A stretch of DNA of 58,593 bases, the filler included, from Dimargaris cristalligena (Eukaryota), in the NCBI GenBank assembly GCA_003614675.1. It is 2 parts of 2 records of this genome, joined end to end, with 100 filler letters (N's around TTAATTAATTAA, not from the genome) between each part and the next. Parts side by side here need not be neighbours in the genome. Positions count along the whole stretch, not along the records: positions 1 to 29,247 come from ML002486.1; positions 29,348 to 58,593 come from ML002487.1. One strand, given 5' to 3'. Below are positions 23,773 through 33,306 of this stretch, in pieces. The notes beneath the pieces are model-generated. The model worked only from the letters and a program-made list of their open reading frames with translations, did no database searches and had not been told where the DNA came from. Position 1 is the stretch's first letter, and each line of letters opens with the position of its first letter. The position numbers were made by a program, and so were the translations under genes.

Positions 23773-25140
23773 ATGCCCGGCAAACGCTCCACCTACACCC
23801 AGTTCATTCTGGTGGCCGCGATTTACTTCTGCGCGTCCGCTAGTTACCTCATCGTCAATGGTATTGGCGGTGGCGGTCTCAAAGACCCCAGCATCGCAGC
23901 CCAATCTAACCTCATTGCCAACATTGTCAGTCTAGTGACTGGTCTATTCGCTGGCGCCTTCCACAACTACCTAGGCCCCCGCATTTCGCTTCTGCTCGGT
24001 TGTATCGCCTACCTCTTCTTCGGCTTCTCCTACCTGATCTACGGCTGGACTAACTTTAAGTATATTATTTACATCGCGGGCGCCTTCTTCGGTCTCATCA
24101 TCACCCTGTTCTGGACGGCCCAGGGTTCGCTCATGTTGTCGTACCCCACCGAGGAGCACCGTAGTAAATACCTGACCACCTTCTTCGTGGCCTTCTCCGC
24201 CAGCGGTGCCGTGGGTGGTATCCTGACATTTTCGCTCAACTTCAACAACACCGGCCTGAGTCTGGGCACCGCCACCTACTGGGCCGCCATTGCGGTAGCC
24301 GGTCTAGGTGTTGCGCTGGTCTTCCTCCTGCGCCCCAATTCGGCCCTCATTCGCGACGACGGTACCAGTGTTCCTGAGGAGAAATTCCAGGGGTGGCTGG
24401 TGGAAGTCCGGGGTCTATCGGATACCCTGCGCAACCGGCATATCCTCATGTTGATCCCGCTGTTCATGTTCCTGGGTACCTATTTTACCTACATCACCAA
24501 CTGCTACAACCTGTCCCTGTTCCGTATCCGTACCCGTGGCCTCAACGTCATCTTCTTCAGTGTGTTCGGTACTATCGGTTCGCTGGCTTTCGGCCTGTTC
24601 ATGCGTAAATGCAAGCTTCCCACCCGGCAAAAGGGCCTCCTGGCCACTTTGATTTTCACCACCTTGATTTGCGCCTCCTGGATCAGTGCCTATTTTGTGC
24701 AGCGGCCCGTCAAGCGCGGCCATACCGGCGAAGTGGTGGACTTTGAGCAGCCCTACTACTGGTCGATTATCATCATTTACTGCATCTGGGGTTTCCTCGA
24801 TTCTAGCCTCAACGCCTTTGGCTTCTGGATTTTGGGCTATTTGACCAACGACACCCAGAAGCAGGCCCGTTACACGGCCTTCACCCGGTTCCTCCAGAGT
24901 ACCGGTGGTGTGCTATCGTGGGGTATTGACTCGGCCCAGATCCCTTACATCCTGGAACTCTGGGTGACCTTTACCTTCCTCATTCTCGCCATGGTCTCGG
25001 CCGCGACCACCATCACATCGATTAAGTTCCCCAAGGATACTGACTCCATGGAGACCAACTCGATGGATCTGTCGCTGGAGGAGGAGACCAAGTACCCCAG
25101 TGCCAAGGTCCAGACCGAAAAGACCAACTACGGCGTGTAA
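23773..25140 (+). CDS. MFS transporter, UNC-93-like/DUF895 family, about 455 aa
   Basis: About 12 hydrophobic segments; motifs GIGGGGLKD, LGPRISL, FWTAQGSLMLSYP, RTRGLN and ARYTAF...QSTGG. First ATG is at 23773 (the ORF track starts at an upstream TTG). Confidence 0.88.
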   Translation: MPGKRSTYTQFILVAAIYFCASASYLIVNGIGGGGLKDPSIAAQSNLIANIVSLVTGLFAGAFHNYLGPRISLLLGCIAYLFFGFSYLIYGWTNFKYIIYIAGAFFGLIITLFWTAQGSLMLSYPTEEHRSKYLTTFFVAFSASGAVGGILTFSLNFNNTGLSLGTATYWAAIAVAGLGVALVFLLRPNSALIRDDGTSVPEEKFQGWLVEVRGLSDTLRNRHILMLIPLFMFLGTYFTYITNCYNLSLFRIRTRGLNVIFFSVFGTIGSLAFGLFMRKCKLPTRQKGLLATLIFTTLICASWISAYFVQRPVKRGHTGEVVDFEQPYYWSIIIIYCIWGFLDSSLNAFGFWILGYLTNDTQKQARYTAFTRFLQSTGGVLSWGIDSAQIPYILELWVTFTFLILAMVSAATTITSIKFPKDTDSMETNSMDLSLEEETKYPSAKVQTEKTNYGV

Positions 25141-26737
25141 TATCATATTTGTGTGTTTCTTTTTATTCTAATTTACATTTTTTTTAAAGTGTTTAATTCT
25201 TCTTATTATGATCCGAGCTACGATTATCGGTGATTTTTCCAAAAACCCCTACATGAGTTTCCACGGGGCCGTCATTTAATTTTTTGTTATCTGGTATTCC
25301 ATACATATAGTATGGACCGATTGATTAATAAATACCTTGTATGTGTTATATTTGATTCAGTTTTGGTAAAGCGTTTGTGGGTGGTTTAGCAAAGGATCAG
25401 GGGCCGCCCGTACAACGTCGGTAATTCGGGGAGAGATCTAGCTCTCCTCTTACTATTTTCAGCACTCAATTACTTATCGGATGGGCTGTACCAGTACCAA
25501 AATGGTTTGTTATCTAACAGTACAGGGTTGCACGCCGACTGTGGGAGGCAGCTTCTGCCAACAGCCGTCGCGAACGATTTTGTGCTTGATGCCACCAGTT
25601 CCCACAGACACACTCGTCCAATGTGCTGCCGCATAGTAAGCCAAAGAGGAGGCTTCGTTTCTAAAGACAGATTCGATGAAAGGAGCAACCAACCGTCATT
25701 TTTGCATCTTGGATCTTACATCCATAATAACCTATCGTCACGCTTACATTTCCGACCTTTTCCTGAAGGTATCAGTTTAAGTACAAGGTCGTCGGCTGAT
25801 TTAATAGATAGTTTCTTTCCCCGTACCGAGGAGGAAGAGAAGCGACAGTCGACTATACTCTACCAGTATCGTTGTGCTTTTATCTTATGTTTTGGTCAGT
25901 GGTAGTCACCAATGCTTATCATTTAAATAATTGGGTTTTTTGATCTCAATTCTTCCCCGTTTCGGGATACCCATTGCGCCCAGTCCTACCAAACTGGAAT
26001 CAAGAGCGCCTTTCACCATCTGCAAGTAAGGAATCGGTCTCGCTGACAGTAGGCCACGTCGAAAGGAGGCAGACCACGACCTCCATTCGCCCCCCCTCCC
26101 AGTCTAGCAGCTCGATACCGGAGTTCAACGGCAGTACATAATTACACGCTTCATTTCATTCCAAGAGCATTTCAAATGTCGTGACGACAACCCAACATAC
26201 ACTGGTTTGTGGCCAGTATAATGGTCTAATAGTAGTGGCTCATCAGCTACTATAACTCGACCATTAGCAACCATGGAGCTGGCTCATTTTGTCTTTTATC
26301 ACAGTCATTCATCCCCCAAGTGACAGGCAGTGTTATAAATGAGGGGCTCTGTAGTCTACCGATAATTACAGGTTTTTAGGATTGGCCCTACCCCGAGTAG
26401 CAACGGAGTTGCTGTCTTGCTTGAGCCACATGTTCCGTTTTGATGGATTTCTTCAGATCCATGCTCATGGTTCGCATCATTTTCCCTTAAAAGCGACCGG
26501 ATATATCTTCTTCGGAAGCTCTTACCATTTAATAACAAGTTCAGGCTATTTTCTGGCGGTAAGGCAGTTTACGCTTGATTACTTGGCATTTCCCCTTTAC
26601 CAGCTTGGGGTTGGTGCCCTATTGGTTCTAATAACTAGCTACTCTATTGCCTAATGGCCATAATGGGATGCCTGGGAGTCAATATGGGATTTCCGTTTCA
26701 ACGGGGGTTCCCATCCTCCCTTTGAATAGTCTTAACT

Positions 26738-26767
26738 ATATATATATATATAAATATAAATATAATA
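26738..26767. repeat. (TA)n / AT-rich low-complexity tract
   Basis: atatatatatatataaatataaatataata. Confidence 0.8.
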
Positions 26768-27178
26768 GGTTATCACTTTCGAAATGGTCTCTGATCAGTT
26801 GTAGCTAGATATTGTGCCCAGTCTGACAAAGGTCGGGAATATGGACACCGCACCAGCACTTTTGAGTAACCTTAGCCCCCCATTCACTGGGCTCTCCTTG
26901 GAAATACCCGAGCATGATGGCTAGTGTGACGGCCTCGCCTGGTTCCACAGCGACGGGGGGTACGGACTGACAGGGCCACGCATGTAGCCTCCCCCATCAC
27001 CAACAGTCCATCCACAGGCCCAACCCGTCCGATTAAGGAATGGCGTGTGTGGCTTTCGGCCCTTTTCCCTTTCCATTCCCATAGTCTCCTTTAATCTATC
27101 CTTGCAATAATACCGGTTACTTATTCATTTTCCCAGCCCTATTGGTGCTCGACGTTCCTACTTATTGGTGCCCTCGGT

Positions 27179-29051
27179 ATGCTGCCGTGGCCTTGCCGTA
27201 TCCCCCCTGCTCTTCTTCTTCGTTCCCCCTCGTTGCTCCAGCCTGGTGCCGCCTCTCGCCACCCCGTATCCCGATTACCTCTGCATTCCCGTCGACTCTT
27301 CGCCCCCCACTCGCTCCCTTCTTTGTTTACTACCCCCCTCCGACTCTCTCCCTACTCCACCGCCATGACGGCCCAAGTGATCGACGGCAAGACCATTGCG
27401 GCCGACATTCGCGCCTCCATTAAGGAGGCCATTGCCCAATACCAGGCCCAGCACCCCCATTTCCAGCCCGGTCTTGCCATTATTCAGGTGGGCCAGCAGG
27501 AAGACTCCATTGTCTACGTTCGCCAAAAGAACCGCGCCGCAGCCGAGGTCGGCATTAAATTCCAGCACCACCAGCTCCCGGAGTCCGTGACCCAGGCCCA
27601 GCTCATGCAGCTGATCCACGAGCTGAACCACGATCCCCGGGTCCACGGTATTCTGATCCAACTGCCCATTCCCGAGCACCTCGACCCCCAGGAGGCCATT
27701 TACGCCATTAGTCCCCACAAGGACGTGGACGGATTCCACCCGCTGAACATCGGTAACTTGTCTAAACGGCAGGGCCATCCCTACTTTCTGCCCTGCACCC
27801 CCAAGGGCTGCATCGAACTCCTGAAGCGCTCAGGGGTCGAAGTGGCCGGCCGTAAGGCCGTGGTGATCGGGCGCAGTGACATCGTTGGCACCCCGCTCTT
27901 CGCCCTGCTTAATGGTCTCGATGCGACCGTGACGCTGTGCCACCGGCGCACGAGCAACCTGGAGGCCATCATTGGCACCGCCGATATCCTGGTGGTGGCC
28001 ATTGGACAGGCCCAGTTCGTCCAGGGGTCCTGGCTCAAGCCCGGCGCGGTGGTCATTGACGTGGGCATGAATGCTATCCCCGATGCCACCAAAAAGTCCG
28101 GCATGCGGCTGGTGGGCGATGTGGACTACGCCTCAGCCTCCCAGGTGGCCTCCCACATCACCCCCGTTCCCGGGGGCGTGGGGCCCATGACCGTGGCCAT
28201 GTTACTGCAGAACACCTTCGAAGGTGCCAAGGCGGTGATGGATCCCGCCCACAAGGTCCGGATTACGCCGCTTCCTCTACGGCCTTTACATCCCGTCCCC
28301 TCCGACATCGATATTGCCATGGGCCAGATCCCGAAACAAATCACCCGGTTGGCTGACGAGCTCCAGCTGTCCCCCCACGAGTTTGATTCGTACGGTCCGT
28401 ATAAGGCCAAGGTGAGCATGGACGTGCTGCAGCGACTGGCTGGTCGCCGCAACGGCAAGTATATTATCGTGGCCGGTATCACACCTACGCCGCTGGGTGA
28501 GGGAAAATCGACGCTTACCATTGGCCTGTGCCAGGCTTTGGGTGCTCACTTAGGTAAAACCGCATTCGCCTGCGTCCGCCAGCCGTCCCAGGGCCCTACG
28601 TTCGGGATCAAAGGGGGGGCCGCCGGAGGTGGTTACTCGCAGGTTATCCCCATGGACGAATTCAATCTCCACCTCACGGGGGATATCCATGCCGTTGCCG
28701 CCGCCAACAATTTACTCGCGGCAGCCATTGATGCCCGCATGTTCCACGAGGCCACGCAGTCGGATCAGGCCCTCTTCAACCGCCTGTGCCCCCTCAAGAA
28801 GGGCAAACGCCACTTCGCCCCCGTTATGCGCACCCGGTTGGCCAACCTGGGTATCCCCGCCGATGCCGAGCCCGAGGATTTAACCGAAGCGCAAATCTGC
28901 CAGTTTGTGCGCTTAGATATTGATCCCGACACTATCACCTGGAACCGCGTGGTGGACACCAACGATCGATTCCTGCGCCGCATTACCATTGGCCAAAACC
29001 CCACCGAACAGGGTCGTGAACGCCGAACCGGGTACGATATCGCAGTGGCCA
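27179..29051 (+). CDS. ADE3: C1-tetrahydrofolate synthase (methylene-THF dehydrogenase/cyclohydrolase plus formyl-THF synthetase; Ade3/Mis1/MTHFD1 family), 5' part, truncated by an inversion at the contig end
   Basis: [31 protein letters not shown] and [16 protein letters not shown] (FolD domain), followed by [11 protein letters not shown] and [22 protein letters not shown] (FTHFS). Homology stops after GYDIAVA. Confidence 0.95.
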
Positions 29052-29247
29052 CCAGGACCACAGCGCTGGGGGTAAGGCCCGAAACGCGGCACTTGATGTC
29101 AAAGAACTTCTCCATGCCGATATCCGCCCCAAATCCGGCCTCGGTAACGACGTAGCCGGGCTGGGCCGTGGGTTCCAGAGGGTCGGTACCCGCGAGTTTC
29201 AGGGCAATAGCGTCGGCGAGAATGGACGAATTACCGTGCGCAATGTT
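29043..29247 (-). other. Inverted internal fragment of the same C1-THF synthase gene (FTHFS domain)
   Basis: The minus strand reads [20 protein letters not shown]...[37 protein letters not shown], a conserved FTHFS segment that normally lies downstream in the same orientation as the gene. Confidence 0.93.
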
Positions 29248-29347
29248 NNNNNNNNNNNNNNNNNNNNNNNNNNNNNNNNNNNNNNNNNNNNTTAATTAAT
29301 TAANNNNNNNNNNNNNNNNNNNNNNNNNNNNNNNNNNNNNNNNNNNN
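29248..29347. other. Artificial contig-joining linker / assembly gap
   Basis: 44 N + TTAATTAATTAA (stops in all six frames) + 44 N, exactly 100 bp. Confidence 0.97.
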
Positions 29348-30465
29348 AGTATTTATATAAGGTGTTGAGTATGGCCAACTTCGAGTTTGCCCTGTATGAG
29401 CCCAAGAGGTGAGTAATGGGATATCAAATGCAAACGATCTCGGGTAAGAGTGCTATACTAGGGTGGGGTTCTACTCAACTGTATATAATAATGGGTTAAA
29501 TGTATATAGGAATATACATAGGATCCTCATTTGGTACTTGAAAAATCAGTCATATCAACCAAGGTTAAAATCATACAGCCATGTTGAACCTAACCTATTC
29601 CAACTGTATCATAACCAGTGTTGTCTCAGATGAAGTAGAGTTTTATTTAAAGTGAATCTAAGGCGGGCGACCTTTTGGTCATAATTGCTATCCACAGGGA
29701 ACATGATAATGGGTACTTTGGTTAAAAACCCTCAAAAGCTACAGATATAGAGGGAAAGGACAGGAGGTAGAATAAAGAACAGACCCTGGAAAGAAACTAG
29801 GCCCTTATGACAACCAACCCACTTAGCTGGACCAGTGTTGTCTCATACAGAAACAACTCCTGCATATATAGATTGTTGCACAGCTATTCAAATGTGATTT
29901 TTGAATTTTGGCATTGGACCTTCTCATTACCCAAATTAATGGTTGAGATGCCAACAATTTATGGTTGATGATTGGGCAAACCAATCTACTATGTCTCCAT
30001 TTCACACCGACTATGGACACCCTGGTATTGGGATTAAAAAGGCCAAAGACAATGGCACCCCCACTGGTTCTGGCAGTTGGCTGAGGTTTCTGAAATATTT
30101 TTCATTAATACATTTTTTTAATGGAAGGTCAGTATTGGTTTTAGAAAAAATAACTACATATATTGTAAACAGTGGCTCCCTCTTATCAACGGTACCAAAA
30201 TAATGTAAATATGTGGGAAAGTAGGCGGAATATATCACCTAACTAGTGCACAATCCCATTATTATTAAATGGATATTTCATTATACAACCCAATTGAACT
30301 ATACCCATATATAAAATTAAAGCGGAACCTCATATACTTACCCCTACAGTGACCTGGTGACCATCCCCCCATTGAGGCCCCAGAATTCATGGCCTCAACC
30401 TGGGACCCCCGAATGTGTGAAGACAGGGGGGATGGGGGGGTGCAAGGCAAAAAAATAATGGTTTA

Positions 30466-30492
30466 GGGGAAGGGAAAGGGAAAGGGAAAGGG
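30466..30492 (+). repeat. (GGGAAA)n tandem repeat, G-quadruplex-capable
   Basis: GGGGAAGGGAAAGGGAAAGGGAAAGGG: five runs of three or more G with 2-3 nt loops. Confidence 0.8.
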
Positions 30493-30528
30493 AGACCACT
30501 TGTCATACTACCCTAATTGTAGTCTTCA

Positions 30529-30812
30529 TCAGCTATTCCAATATACATCTCTCTTTGTGCTACACTCAGCATATTCATGAATTAAAATACTCTCCATCCT
30601 GACATTGGCCAGTATGTATCCAATGAAATGGGTGTCAGTGGAGCTGGTGTATCAAGCTTGCACCGCCCTTGTATCTTGATTAACACCAACCAACTAGCAA
30701 CTCGCACCATCGGTATAACTCAGGTTTAGAATGATCCATTGCTAGTTAACCACTAGCTGGCATCCTGCCTATAGGGCTCCTATATAAAAATAAAACCAAA
30801 GGAGATGGTCAT
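30529..30812 (-). pseudogene. Possible decayed small secreted-protein gene
   Basis: TATAA-like element and C/A-rich leader, then MTISFGFIF, a frameshift, and IGAL*AGCQLVVN*QWIILNLSYTDG... with several stops, inside a CpG-depleted tract. No family recognised. Confidence 0.2.
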
Positions 30813-32843
30813 GCTTGTAGTTGGAAGTAAAGTTGTGGTGGCTGAAATGGATGTTGTGCAGCCTTTATGGGACTTGGTAGGGAGCTTGTTTTTTTTTGTA
30901 AAGTTGGGAGTGGCTGAGAAGGGAGGTGCCCTTATAAGGCAGTCAGCCAAAGCAGAAATGGTCACTTAGGTCGGCAATAGTAATTTATATCAATAAATTA
31001 AAATGGGTCACTAACAAGTTCAAATATGCTAACTGTAAAAATGTGAAAATGGCAATTAATAAAAGGTTGCAGGCTTCTATGCCCGGCCAATCAAAATATA
31101 CTAAAGGAAAGACATTGAGGGACATAAATTAGCTTCTAAAATATGGCCCAGTTTAGAAAGGCAGGTGTAAGGATAGAAAAAATAATGGCAGTAGAAAGAA
31201 TCAAGCATGCTATAGTATTACAGCTGTTAATATTAAAAGTGTGTCAACAATTTTGTAAAGTTGGGAGGCAATCCTATTGTAGGATATGTGTAATAATATA
31301 ACTAGGGGTACAGTGCCACAGAAAATAGAGTGGTTTATTGATGTACTGCTGTTGGACTCCAGTCTAGCACTGTTGGGCTTAGATAGAGGTGAAATTCAAA
31401 CCAGTTGTATAAGGTTCTACATAATATGTGTATGGGTGAATATATATAAGAATAGCTCTTAACCAGTAATATTAGTCTTATTTAATGGATTTTTTATTAT
31501 ACAGTCTGAATGAACTTCTCCTATATACAAGTGAAGAGAACCACCTTCCTTTGTGCATGGGGCTAAAAGCCACGTAGGCTGGCTTCCCACTGGCAAAAGA
31601 CAGTATACTCACTAAATTGGAGTAAATAGTTCCAGGGATGGGTGGAGTAGTTATTTTTAGGCCAACAGAGGGATACATAAGTGGGCATCACGGGATAATA
31701 ATAAAAATTATAAAAAAAATTACCTTTAATTACATTGGGTTATGGCTTGATTTTTCAAATATTATTGCCTTTGGTTATATGACTGGCCCCCTATAAGCTG
31801 CCTGGCCGTACTTGCTTTAGCCATTTACCAATTGAGGGTGTATACTGAAATCCACTGAGGAGGCTCTTATTAGACAGTAAATTCTGTCGGCCTGGGTTTA
31901 TTAGTAGTCAAAAGGAGGGTGTATACGTGCTTATTGGGATACACCAGATGCCCATTGGCTATTTAAATGGCGGGCCATAACCCGGGAGAATATTAATGTG
32001 AAAGGATGCCTCTAAATGTATCACCTATGAGGAGCAGTGGTACCGGAAGTGCCTTCAAATCAATGAAGAAGTCCATTGAAGATGCCTTTTGAGCACCTAC
32101 TAGAAAGGTGGGTAAATGGCACTCATAGCACTGGGCACCATATTATAACCAGGTCTGATTGAGGAGGGACGAGGGCAAGGCGTCAGGTTAAAATAGGACT
32201 ACAAAGAATAGTAGCTCAGTTTCCGACCACAACTGTATATTTTGGAAAATTAGATGGCAGTACTATTAGCATTTCCCCCTCCACCATCACCTCAATTATT
32301 CAAGGGCTGACTTATCCTACCTTAGTTGAATATTCACTTTAATATGGCCCATTCCAAAGGCGGTCTATCGCCAAACTGTTCTAATAGTTAGGGCGGTATA
32401 ATTTTGGCACCATTCTAAAAAAAAAAAGAGCTCAGGTCAGCTACATCTACTTGAAGAGGTGTATTTACAAAATCCTGTATAGAGGCCCGATTATTAATTA
32501 ATATACATAGGGAGTTGGTATAGATGTACTTGATATCCAAGATGCTACGCGTTAAAGTAGCGTGGATAGTTTATAATTCGGTTTATTCGGGTTTAATATA
32601 TAGGCGACTTAAAAATGGCATGTCATCACACCCTATTGAATATACAGGGATTAGCTGTTGAAACGTTACATAAACTAGGCTTGAGTAATAAAGCTATACA
32701 AGGTGTATTTTTTGTTTGAAAAAAAGGAAAGTAAAAGGTACTTATGAATCGCATTGATCGCGGGTAATGAAAATATTCGCAGAGCTATATAAAAATGACA
32801 TTTCGGATGACAATTAATCAGGCCGAATTATAAAGCGATGTTT

Positions 32844-33092
32844 TTACTGGGTGTCTTTGGGCTTGGACGAACCGAATATTTTCTTACCGACTTTATAGGT
32901 GCCGTAAGCCGTAGCAGCAGCAGCAGCAGTCCCAGCAGCGGCCAATACCGCACCTCCGATGGCCAAATTCTTAGCGACGCTGCGCTTAGCCAGCTTGGGA
33001 GTCGAGATAATGGGGTCGGCAGGGTTGGCATGGGCCATGGAGGCAGTGGCGATGGTAGCCAGAATGAGAGCGACGGCAGAGAGGAACTTCAT
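32844..33092 (-). CDS. Small secreted prepro-peptide (82 aa): signal peptide, pro-region, KR (Kex2-type) site and cationic Gly/Ala-rich 45-aa peptide
   Basis: MKFLSAVALILATIATASMAHA | NPADPIISTPKLAKR | SVAKNLAIGGAVLAAAGTAAAAATAYGTYKVGKKIFGSSKPKDTQ*. Start context CACA-ATG, TATATAAA about 200 bp upstream, CT-rich leader and AT-rich 3' flank. Confidence 0.8.
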   Translation of the reverse strand: MKFLSAVALILATIATASMAHANPADPIISTPKLAKRSVAKNLAIGGAVLAAAGTAAAAATAYGTYKVGKKIFGSSKPKDTQ

Positions 33093-33294
33093 TGTGAATC
33101 GAGGTGGTTCGTTTTTGGTTTGTTTGTTTTGCGAAAGAGGTAGAGCAAAAATGGAATGGCGGAGGAATTGGCTAAGAGGCTTACAAATTATAGAGGATGA
33201 TCTGATCGGGGAGAGAGACAGAGAGGGGCGGGAGAGGCTGGAGGATGGTGATTGTAAGGTGATTTTTGAAAAAGATGGGGGCCACCAGGGCGGT

Positions 33295-33306
33295 ATTTAT
33301 ATATAA
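33295..33306 (-). promoter_or_regulatory. Putative TATA box of the prepro-peptide gene
   Basis: Minus strand TTATATATAAAT followed by a pyrimidine-rich leader. Confidence 0.55.

Noticed and set aside
29052-29155. C-terminal [34 protein letters not shown] of the 658-aa ORF as a novel tail
   Set aside because: It is the antisense reading of the inverted FTHFS fragment.
32838-33306. Plus-strand ORFs of 101 aa and 115 aa
   Set aside because: Antisense to the prepro-peptide gene, which has the signal peptide, TATA box and start context.
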